NCBI GenBank assembly: GCA_037200385.1
Contig: JBBCGL010000001.1
Location: 2,369,418 to 2,433,417 of the forward strand
Source of the DNA: Rhizomicrobium sp.
GTDB taxonomy: Bacteria > Pseudomonadota > Alphaproteobacteria > Micropepsales > Micropepsaceae
Reading direction: 5' to 3'
DNA length: 64,000 bases
Every line of letters begins with the position of its first letter. The stretch's first letter is position 1. This document shows positions 38,927 to 47,333 of the stretch, piece by piece. Both the position numbers and the translations under genes were made by a program. The notes under the pieces were generated by a model. The model ran no database searches. It was not told where the DNA came from and saw nothing but the letters and a program-made list of their open reading frames with translations.

Positions 38927-40747
38927 TTAGGTCGTCGCCTGGCCGGTCGCGGCGTCGTCAAGGACCGGCAAATCGCGAACGTAACGCACTGCCAGCCAAA
39001 AATAGCCGCCTCCTTTGACCAATGTTTCCGTCGGCAGCTGATCATACCCGTATCTGCTCTCCTCCACGATCAGGATTTGGACCATCGGAGATTCAAACGA
39101 AGTGGAATTGCCAATCGTACTCGTCCAGTATGTGCCGTCATCGCCGCAACCGTAATAGGTCAAGTCCGAAAGCGCGGTGCCCATCGCAGACCCCGCGAGT
39201 TCGAGCGCGGGACTATTCAGCCCGGAGGCTATCAGTTGATCGAAATCGAGCGTATCGGTCAGCGTCTGCCAGTCGGCCTGCGTCGGCAATCGCCAGCCGC
39301 CGGTGGACTGCAGGGAATTTGCGTCGTCATAGCGGTAAAGGCGCCCATACACCGCCACATTATCGGAGGAACCGTTGGGAGGAGCCGCGTTGGGCGCGTC
39401 CCAGGTCAGATTTTGAGTCATCCAGAGCAGCTGGCCGATCGGCGTCGCGGGATAGACCGTTTGGTCTCGGGTATCCAAGAAGTAACACGCCCGGACGGAC
39501 ACCCTGTATTGCTGCGAGTTGATCTGGATGCCGTTCTCGTCATAGCCGCACAGGGTGACGCTCATCGAGCCGTCCTGCGTGATGCCGGGCACCGTCACGG
39601 TGCCTGAATCCGTCGCGCCGGAGCTTTGCGTGTTGTAGGACCGATCGATCGCCGTGACTGTCTGGTCGCCCAGGACATAGCAGAGCTTCACCCTGGCGAC
39701 GAAGTTCATCATCCAGGTGAATCCGATCTCCAGCTCGTCGGTCGGACTGTTGGCCAATAGTTCGATCGTGGGGCTCGTGAATTTGTACACGCCGCGGTCT
39801 TCGGGGCCGACGAGCTTGTCGATGGGCAGAAAGAAGAGCCATGGATTGTAGGCGATGGTGTCGGTCTGCTGGAAATTGATGAACTGCAGCATCAGCTGGG
39901 TCATGTTTCCCGCGGCGGTCAATGCGACGATGTTCTGAAATTGAAAGGTAACGTTGGCGCCGGAGCCGGTGCCGATCGGATCGGCCGCCGGCGCCGTCAG
40001 CGTCCAGCTCAGGTCGCCCGCATTCCACGCGGAAGTCCAGGCGTTGCCTTCCGTGCTGGTGATGGAGAGGCTGGCGCCGACAATGACGTCGGTCGGCGTC
40101 AGCGAGCCATCGTCGGAGCCATAGGTGAAGCTGGCGATGACCTGGGGCGGCGAATCGGGGTTTCCGTTCCCCGTAAAGATGGGCGCATTGCTTTGATTGT
40201 TGATGTTGAAGATGAGCGTGTTCTGCAGGTAAGGCTGAATGGTGGAAACGTACACTTCGTTGAAGCCGTCAGGCTGAAAGGTGACGGCGAGCACGCTCGA
40301 AAGATCCGGATTCTCGACCACGGGCGCGGATTGCAACGCGATTTTTGCCGTCAACTGCTTGGGCAAGCCGGACGCTTCGAACTCAAGGCTGAAAAAATAG
40401 GTTCCGGCCGGTCCGACGCTCTGGATCGCGCAGAGCGTGCAGGTCAGGGTCGCACCGTTGGACCATATGTAATCGCTCGAGCCCGTGCTGACCGCAAAGC
40501 CATTCCCATTCTGCGTGGCGGTCAGTCCCGCGGGAACGGTCAACGTCGCGGCCTGAATCTGCGTCACGGTGAAACAGCGGGGAGCGACCAGCGAAAACGC
40601 ATCCCCATTTGCTGGCAAGTCGATATCTTGGCCCGTGCCGTTCGTCAGAACCATGGTGAGATTCGCGGCGACGTTGATGTACAGCACGGCGGCCGGTTCC
40701 GTGCTGACCGCCGGATTGGTGATGGTAAAGGTGATGCTACTCGCCAT
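38927..40747 (-). CDS. Hypothetical beta-rich protein with C-terminal FISUMP (Fib_succ_major) domain
   Basis: The C-terminus FLDTRDQTVYPATPIGQLLWMTQNL...YGRLY...GWRLPTQADWQTL...YWTST matches the FISUMP pattern. The N-terminal ~420 aa is Thr/Asn-rich; no signal peptide. Confidence 0.8.
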   Translation of the reverse strand: MASSITFTITNPAVSTEPAAVLYINVAANLTMVLTNGTGQDIDLPANGDAFSLVAPRCFTVTQIQAATLTVPAGLTATQNGNGFAVSTGSSDYIWSNGATLTCTLCAIQSVGPAGTYFFSLEFEASGLPKQLTAKIALQSAPVVENPDLSSVLAVTFQPDGFNEVYVSTIQPYLQNTLIFNINNQSNAPIFTGNGNPDSPPQVIASFTYGSDDGSLTPTDVIVGASLSITSTEGNAWTSAWNAGDLSWTLTAPAADPIGTGSGANVTFQFQNIVALTAAGNMTQLMLQFINFQQTDTIAYNPWLFFLPIDKLVGPEDRGVYKFTSPTIELLANSPTDELEIGFTWMMNFVARVKLCYVLGDQTVTAIDRSYNTQSSGATDSGTVTVPGITQDGSMSVTLCGYDENGIQINSQQYRVSVRACYFLDTRDQTVYPATPIGQLLWMTQNLTWDAPNAAPPNGSSDNVAVYGRLYRYDDANSLQSTGGWRLPTQADWQTLTDTLDFDQLIASGLNSPALELAGSAMGTALSDLTYYGCGDDGTYWTSTIGNSTSFESPMVQILIVEESRYGYDQLPTETLVKGGGYFWLAVRYVRDLPVLDDAATGQATT

Positions 40748-40783
40748 GGCAGCTCTCCGATCGAAGCTTAGGGTCGCGCCGCT

Positions 40784-43700
40784 TCACGTGGCCGGATCAG
40801 GGGTTAGATCTAGCCATCCTTCCAGAACCGTTTGCGGCGAGTATCCGAAGACGGCGTTCTCGGTGACGGCGTCGGGCGACAGCGAAATCGGAGCCGAGGC
40901 GCCCGGAGCGATCCAGCTCCAGTCATAACCGTTCTCCTGCGGCAGCGGCACCGCGAGGCCGGAGGCCGGCGAGAGCACGGGCGCGGTGAAGAAGGTCGCC
41001 GCCAGCTTGCTCATGGCGGAGCTGTATTGGTCGGGCGGGATGGAGAGGCTAACCACGGGCAGAACCCCCGTCGTCGCGTGCACCTGTGTCCGCGGGTCAA
41101 CCAACATCGTCAGCGTCGTGGGCGCGTTCAGCGTCAGCAGAAGGGCCGGATCGGCCGCCGAGGGCTGCACCACGCCGTTGCCTCCCTCCGCCGGCGCCGC
41201 CTGCGAATAGAAGGAGCCGTAGGCGCCACCGGGCGTCTGCTCGACGAAATAGCCGATCAGTCCGTCGTTCATATCGACCGGATCGCCCAGCCGCGCTGGG
41301 AACTGTACCGCGCCGAGCGCTGCGGTGCTGTACTGTTGCCGCTGGGCGGGGCTGTACTGCTGCCGCTGGCTGGGGTTGTTGGGGTCGGGGCTGGCCGCGC
41401 TCGCCAAGACGTCCTGCGTGAAAGGAGCGGCCTCGGCGCTGTTGTCCTGGCTGAGCGGCAGCAGATTTCCGCTGGTCTCGAGCCCCAATGTACAGCGCAC
41501 GATGGCCAGCGGGCGACCCAGCAGGACGGCGAGCGCGGCATCCTGCGCGGAACCGGCTGGCTGGCTGAAGGCCGCGGCGCCGACGATGGCGGTCAGCAGA
41601 TCCTGCACGAAGCCGGTGCTTTGGCCGTAGACGTGATTCATGAACTGGGAAAGGAAAGGGTTGACGGCGGCGGTGTCGGTCGTGATCGGCGTGCCGTAGG
41701 GTTCGAGATTGCCCGGCGCGGTGCGATAGACGACCGCCCCGTGCTCGATGCCGATGGAGCCGATCGACGAGCCGTCGGCATCATAGAAGAAAAGGCTGTC
41801 GTTCAGGTCGTTCGGCATCAGCCAGCCGCACACGGGCGAGGTGGCCGGATGCGAATTCGACTCCACCACGGAGGCGGACGTGTCGCCGAAGGTCCGGGCG
41901 GAAAGCCACCGGAACCAGAGCCGGGTTGGGGTGAGGAGGCGCGGGGGAAGATAGGCTTGCCCCTGATGCGCGACATCATCGGCATTCGGCTGCAGGCTTG
42001 CCGCGACGACCGGCGTCAGGCTCACGCTGCCGGCGCCCGTCGCGAACTGCATCGTTTGGCCGAAGACGTCCACGATCTGCAGCGACCGCAGCGCCAGGAA
42101 GCCGGCGCGCAACGGCCCGAAATCACGGCCGGCGGAAAGGGGCTTCACGGCGTTGAAGGCGCCGTCGTACCAATTGTCTCCGGTGAGCAGGGCGGCCGCG
42201 CTGATATCGGAGGTGACGAGATCGACGCCCTGCCCGCCCGGGTTGCTCACCAGGTTCTCCACCGGGATTTGCGGCAGGAAGGCCTGCTGGATCTGCTGCG
42301 CGCCCAGACCGCTCATCGCCTGCGAGACGAAGTTGCGGCTATTATAGGCGGCTTGCGCGACCTGAAGCGACGGATCGGCTTCGGTATCCGACGGAAAGGC
42401 GTTCAGATAAGCCTGGATCTGCGAGCCCAGGCTGTAGGCCGCCCGCGTCGAAAGCGCCGCCGAGCCGGAGTAGCCGTAGAGTTGATCGGCCGGCTGTGTG
42501 AAGCCGTTGGACGTGACATAGGCATAGTCCGCACCGTCGTCGTCCAGCGTGAAGAACTGCGTGAGGTTGCCGGCGCTGTAGGCCGGCCAAGAATTGGCGT
42601 CCTTGCCCTGCATCTGCAAGGGCGAGAACCAGGCATTCCAGATCATGAAGATCGGCAGGAACGGGTCCGAACGGGAGGCACTGAGATTGGGCACGGCGCA
42701 CTGCGCCATCCAGCCGACCGGGTCCGGCGGATAGGCGGTGCCGCCAGCATTGCTCCAGGTGAAGGTCAGGGCCATCGGCGCATCAACGGACTGGGAAGGA
42801 TTCGGCGCCACCGACGGCGGCGGCGCGCGCAGCCAAGCGAACAGACCGGCGCCCGGCCCACCGTCCTGCGGACTGAGGCCACCCTGTGCAGCTTGAAGAG
42901 CGGCGACGAAATCCGCCGGCGAGGCAGTCGCGGGATTCGCATCGCCACCCACGGCCGCCATGGCCTGCTGCACCACGGTGGCCAACATGGGGATCAGCAG
43001 AACCGCCTCGGTGATCAAGGCCTGCACATCGGCTTGCGCCGGGGTGCCGGCGAGGACGGTCGTCAGCCCGCCCCAGGAAAGGTTGGGGAGGTCGGTCGTC
43101 TTTTCCGATCCGCTTGCGGCGAGCGTCGTCAGCAATTGCCCACTGGTCCGCACCGCGATCGTCGGTCCCGGCCCGTTGCGCTGCGCGCGCTGCAGCTGGG
43201 ATCCTTCGGCAAGCAGCACCGGGTCGGTCGGCATGCAGAAGGATGGAGCCGGCACCGCTCGCAGGCTCCATCCCGGAGCTGTCAACGCCGCGACCAGACT
43301 AGCGTAGCAACCATAGACGGCCCCTGCAAAGCTGGTCGTGGATGCGGGCGGTGCCGGCGCGACGGCGTTGCCGCTCCCATCCAGCTTGTACTGCAGGAGG
43401 CCCACCTGGTTGCCCGCGCCCTGAACGGCGTTGAGCTCGCACGGACCGTTGGTGTCGAGGAAATTGGTGAGCTCCTCGAACGAGTAGGCCGGCTGGTTGG
43501 GGTCGATCGTGAAGAACATCGTGACGTACCGGTACCAGTCCATGAACAGCTGCTTACGCTGCAGCTCGACCGAGAAGCGATCCTGGTCATAGGCCTTCTG
43601 CGCCGCGTTGAGCGCGGCCAGCAGCGCCGCTATGTCGTCTTGCAGGTCGGCCGCCCTGCCGGGCTCCGGGGCCTGGCCCTGGGGTGATGAAGGCTGCACG

Positions 43701-44992
43701 AGCTCCCAGATCCAGCCGCCGAATTCGGTCGCGAAGGCTTTGCCGTGCAGGTCTTCGTCCATCTGCGCCGGATGGGCAGTGCCGTTCTCGACGTTTTGGA
43801 CGAGGCCCAGCTGGAGCGCGTTGAGCAGATATTCGTAGTCATCGAGCGCCGCGGGAACGGCCCCCGCGCCGGCGAGATCGTTCCGCAGCAGCGCCGAGAG
43901 GGCTTCGGTGGTCGTGTTGCCGATCGCCACCTCGCCTTGGCCCCGCCACACCGCCGGCGTCGTCGTCGAGGTGCTGGCGAGAAAGCCGCCGTTCTGCTGC
44001 GCGACGGCCGTGTCCCAGACCAGCTCCTGCATGATCCCCGCAACCAGGGTTTGCGACGGAACGGCGAGGCCGGCGATGGACTGGGTGGGATCGAGCCCCT
44101 GCAGCTGCCAGCCGAACTGCTGCGTCACGATGCTGTCGAGGATATCGGACGGCGCCAGGGTCGGCGCGACACCCTGATCGGAGCACTGCGTCGCGTAGGC
44201 GGTCCAGGCTTCGGTGACGGTCTTCTGGAGACCGGCCAGCGGATCGGTGCCCGTCGGATCGATCCAGCCGATCACCTGGTAGCTCGCCTTGAAGTGGATC
44301 GCCGATCCCGCCGCCAGCACCGTGCCGACGTTTTGGCCATTCCCGATCGATTGATCGGAGAAGTCGTCGAAGAATCCGAAGACGCTGCTGCACTCCGGAT
44401 AGAAGCTGGAGAAGCCCGGGCCCACGAAGCCGACCGAAGTCAGCATGCAGGGGTTGCCGTCCTCGTCGTTATAGTCGGGCAGAAACTGCGCCGGCCCGGT
44501 GGCCGGGCCGTAGACGCGTTGGCGTCCCATATAGAGATAGGGCTGCTGCGTCGATGCGTCGGTCAGCGGCACCGAAACACACGGCGACGACGGCGCGGCG
44601 ACCGCGAGATAGTCGCTCTCGACCAGGAAGGCGGCGGCGGTCGGAGCGCTCCAACCGCCATCCTGGAAGAGACTGAAGTAGCGGATCACCAGCCAGCGAT
44701 TAGGCACCTGCGGGAAGACGACGGGGCCGCCGGCGGAGAGCTGGCTGCCGCGGCGGAAGAAGTCGGGCAATTCCCAGTGCAGATGCACGCCGATGTCCAA
44801 GGTCTCGGCGGGCGAGTCGTTGTCCTCGAGCGGGCGCGCGATGGCGTCGCCGGTGCTGGCCGTGGTGGCGTCGGCGACCCACGGTATCTTCTCGAACACC
44901 GCCGTCCGGCCCTTGAAGTTCGGCGCGATCTGCGTGTTGTCGGCCAGACTCACGCGCAGCGCGGCGATGTTGAGCGGAACTATGGCCGTCAT
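40784..44992 (-). CDS. Large hypothetical protein (1402 aa) of the DUF6603-associated cluster
   Basis: ATG at 44992 overlaps the upstream stop (ATGA). Blocks GVHLHWELP, PNRWLVIR, PLRAG..LQIVDVFGQ, LPPRL, GRPLAIV, HATTGVLP. Confidence 0.85.
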   Translation of the reverse strand: MTAIVPLNIAALRVSLADNTQIAPNFKGRTAVFEKIPWVADATTASTGDAIARPLEDNDSPAETLDIGVHLHWELPDFFRRGSQLSAGGPVVFPQVPNRWLVIRYFSLFQDGGWSAPTAAAFLVESDYLAVAAPSSPCVSVPLTDASTQQPYLYMGRQRVYGPATGPAQFLPDYNDEDGNPCMLTSVGFVGPGFSSFYPECSSVFGFFDDFSDQSIGNGQNVGTVLAAGSAIHFKASYQVIGWIDPTGTDPLAGLQKTVTEAWTAYATQCSDQGVAPTLAPSDILDSIVTQQFGWQLQGLDPTQSIAGLAVPSQTLVAGIMQELVWDTAVAQQNGGFLASTSTTTPAVWRGQGEVAIGNTTTEALSALLRNDLAGAGAVPAALDDYEYLLNALQLGLVQNVENGTAHPAQMDEDLHGKAFATEFGGWIWELVQPSSPQGQAPEPGRAADLQDDIAALLAALNAAQKAYDQDRFSVELQRKQLFMDWYRYVTMFFTIDPNQPAYSFEELTNFLDTNGPCELNAVQGAGNQVGLLQYKLDGSGNAVAPAPPASTTSFAGAVYGCYASLVAALTAPGWSLRAVPAPSFCMPTDPVLLAEGSQLQRAQRNGPGPTIAVRTSGQLLTTLAASGSEKTTDLPNLSWGGLTTVLAGTPAQADVQALITEAVLLIPMLATVVQQAMAAVGGDANPATASPADFVAALQAAQGGLSPQDGGPGAGLFAWLRAPPPSVAPNPSQSVDAPMALTFTWSNAGGTAYPPDPVGWMAQCAVPNLSASRSDPFLPIFMIWNAWFSPLQMQGKDANSWPAYSAGNLTQFFTLDDDGADYAYVTSNGFTQPADQLYGYSGSAALSTRAAYSLGSQIQAYLNAFPSDTEADPSLQVAQAAYNSRNFVSQAMSGLGAQQIQQAFLPQIPVENLVSNPGGQGVDLVTSDISAAALLTGDNWYDGAFNAVKPLSAGRDFGPLRAGFLALRSLQIVDVFGQTMQFATGAGSVSLTPVVAASLQPNADDVAHQGQAYLPPRLLTPTRLWFRWLSARTFGDTSASVVESNSHPATSPVCGWLMPNDLNDSLFFYDADGSSIGSIGIEHGAVVYRTAPGNLEPYGTPITTDTAAVNPFLSQFMNHVYGQSTGFVQDLLTAIVGAAAFSQPAGSAQDAALAVLLGRPLAIVRCTLGLETSGNLLPLSQDNSAEAAPFTQDVLASAASPDPNNPSQRQQYSPAQRQQYSTAALGAVQFPARLGDPVDMNDGLIGYFVEQTPGGAYGSFYSQAAPAEGGNGVVQPSAADPALLLTLNAPTTLTMLVDPRTQVHATTGVLPVVSLSIPPDQYSSAMSKLAATFFTAPVLSPASGLAVPLPQENGYDWSWIAPGASAPISLSPDAVTENAVFGYSPQTVLEGWLDLTPDPAT

Positions 44993-45870
44993 GCCGGCCC
45001 TCGCTTGACGAAGCTGACCTGCGCGACGCCGAGAGTCATCTCGAAGCCCATCTCCGCAGAGGTGATCGGATTGCCCGTCGCAATGTTGATGGCCTGCTGA
45101 AACGCCGTCATCATCATGCTGCGCGGCTGCGCACTGCGCAGGCAACCGGAGACGCCGGCAAGCGGGACCGATCCGGTAATGTCCAGCGGCGGTCCCGGCG
45201 CGAAGGTCCACACCGTCTTGGTCGCGGTGACGGGCGTGGTGCCGGGATCGAAGCTGTCCAACCCGAAATGCAGGGCCTCGGGCGCCTCATGCAGGTCGAA
45301 CCGCTGTGCGTCGCCATCCACCAGACAGATCATGGTGTCGGACTGCGACCCAAGCTGCTCCAGCCTTAGGATGGTCAGCGGCGTGCCGGCATCCCCTCCC
45401 TGACTGTAGGCGTTCACGCCCAGGCCGGGAAAATCCCGCACCACGGAGGATCGAAGCAGGAAGCCAGACACTAGGTTCGAGGCGACGGTCGCCGTTGCAA
45501 CCCCGAGCTTGCGCGCGCGCATCCGGCCCGCATTTGCCCGGAAGGCGGCCAGGGCCGCCGCGACAGCGACGTGCTCTACGGCCGGAAGCCCTGCCGCCGT
45601 GGCGACGGACAGGTTGCGGCCGATGCTCATGGCGCCGTCCACGAGGGCGTCGATCCAGCTCGGATTCAGGTAAAAGAAGCGGATCGACTCGGGCGGGAGC
45701 ATGCGCTCGTCCGGCACGAGATAGTTCAACGGGACACCCTTCAGCAACGCGAGCCGATTAAGCCAGTCGACGATCGTGTCCGGGACCGTGACGCCGCCGA
45801 AAACCGCCGGATCGGACAGGGCCTCGCCGATGCGGCGTCTCAATTGCCGGCGCGAGAAACGGGCCTTCAT
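44989..45870 (-). CDS. Hypothetical protein (293 aa) of the DUF6603-associated cluster
   Basis: ATG at 45870 overlaps the upstream stop. VPLNYLVPDERMLPPESIRFFYLNPSWIDALVDGAMSIG; GFLLRSSVVRDFPGL. Confidence 0.85.
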   Translation of the reverse strand: MKARFSRRQLRRRIGEALSDPAVFGGVTVPDTIVDWLNRLALLKGVPLNYLVPDERMLPPESIRFFYLNPSWIDALVDGAMSIGRNLSVATAAGLPAVEHVAVAAALAAFRANAGRMRARKLGVATATVASNLVSGFLLRSSVVRDFPGLGVNAYSQGGDAGTPLTILRLEQLGSQSDTMICLVDGDAQRFDLHEAPEALHFGLDSFDPGTTPVTATKTVWTFAPGPPLDITGSVPLAGVSGCLRSAQPRSMMMTAFQQAINIATGNPITSAEMGFEMTLGVAQVSFVKRGPA

Positions 45871-47330
45871 CGATCGCCCCGATCGGCCAGACGGCGGACG
45901 GTGTGGGAAAGAAGCGCTCGCGTCGTCGCGGGAGCTGCGGACTTGGGGGTCCGCGCCCAATTCCCTGACAGCACGGCCTGGAACGATTCGGCAAGCAGCG
46001 CGTCCTCCACCGTTGCGATGGCGGCCGCTGTGAGCCCGTTCTTCCAATTATACAGCGCCACGGAAAAAGCTTTGTCCTGCAGCGCGAGCAATCGTCCCAG
46101 CGTCCATGACGCAGCGTAAGACACGTCCAGCATTCCGCTCGTCGGATCGAAAACCAGGGCTTGGTCGGACGATGCAAAAGGCAGCGCCAACGCCGGAGCG
46201 GTATTCTGATAGGGCAGGCACGGGCCACGGTACCAGCAGACGGTCTTACTGCCGTCGCGCAAGCTCTCGTTCAGCGGGACATAGCCCATGCCCAGCGCCG
46301 CCGCCGTCGCAACGTTGCCGCCGACATACGGCACCTGGAGCATGGTCTGCGCGGCATCGGCGGTGTCGCCCGCAGGCCGGCCGTTGAGCGCCTGCACGCG
46401 ATCGGCGAAGCCGCTATTGTCGCCGGAGGTGAAGAACGTCCAACTCTGCAGCACGGCCAGGCGCAGCGTCGTGCCGGTGAAGTCGGAACCGGACGGCGCT
46501 CCTCCCTGCTCGTCGGTCGGCAGAAAACTTTCCAGTCCTTCCAGGGAGACCAGATAGGCGTAGGTCTTGCGACCGGCACCGTCGCTGCCCATCTGCGGCA
46601 GGCGCGTGCCGAAGACGACCGACACAGTCCCTGTAGGAACGCCCGCGCCGGGTTGCTGCCCCGTCGGCTTGTTGCACAGGTTCACGCGCCTAACGTGCGC
46701 CGTAAGCCCCAGATCGGCGGCGGTGGGAGCGATCTGCCAAAAGAGGCTCAACGGAATGTCGAGCACCTGCACGGGACTGGCGGTGGTCTGGTTCAGCTCC
46801 AGACCGCTCGTATCGATCGCCTGCCAGAAATAGGAATAGGCGGACGCGGGCAGGCTGCTGGCGGCGTATGCGTTCGTCGCAAAGAGGTCGCCCACCGTCG
46901 CCGGCTGGGGCGCGAGCAGAAGTCCTGGATGGGCCGCCACGTCGTCGGCATCGAGCAACAGGATGGTGAGCCAGGTGGACACGTCGGCCGGCGGCGCGCC
47001 GGCCGTGACGTCCTTGTCCGCTGGCCCGCCGATCCGGCGACTCCACGGCAAAGTCGGCTGGGAGAAGACCACATGCGGCAGCACATTGGTGAATTCGCCG
47101 ACCGCGCCGTCGGGCGGAAAGACGGACTGCACCTGCGTGGCCGGCGACCGCAACGTGAAACGGTCGCCGAGCACGGCAAAGGCGTAGCTATGCGACATCG
47201 GATCGTCGCTGATCCCGGTGATGCGCTGCGCGACGGTGAGCGTGTAGTCGCCGTCGTCGAGGCCGGGCAGATGGTGCTGGATGAACGTCACGGTTTCGTC
47301 TTGCAGAGGGTCGGACATGGGCGTCGCCAT
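45867..47330 (-). CDS. Hypothetical protein (487 aa) of the DUF6603-associated cluster
   Basis: Starts 3 nt after the DUF6603-like gene. LPHVVFSQPTLPWSR, AYLVSLEG, VLQSWTF, WYRGP, AAxxLG-type motif ASWTLGRLLA. Confidence 0.85.
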   Translation of the reverse strand: MATPMSDPLQDETVTFIQHHLPGLDDGDYTLTVAQRITGISDDPMSHSYAFAVLGDRFTLRSPATQVQSVFPPDGAVGEFTNVLPHVVFSQPTLPWSRRIGGPADKDVTAGAPPADVSTWLTILLLDADDVAAHPGLLLAPQPATVGDLFATNAYAASSLPASAYSYFWQAIDTSGLELNQTTASPVQVLDIPLSLFWQIAPTAADLGLTAHVRRVNLCNKPTGQQPGAGVPTGTVSVVFGTRLPQMGSDGAGRKTYAYLVSLEGLESFLPTDEQGGAPSGSDFTGTTLRLAVLQSWTFFTSGDNSGFADRVQALNGRPAGDTADAAQTMLQVPYVGGNVATAAALGMGYVPLNESLRDGSKTVCWYRGPCLPYQNTAPALALPFASSDQALVFDPTSGMLDVSYAASWTLGRLLALQDKAFSVALYNWKNGLTAAAIATVEDALLAESFQAVLSGNWARTPKSAAPATTRALLSHTVRRLADRGDR

Positions 47331-47333
47331 CGC

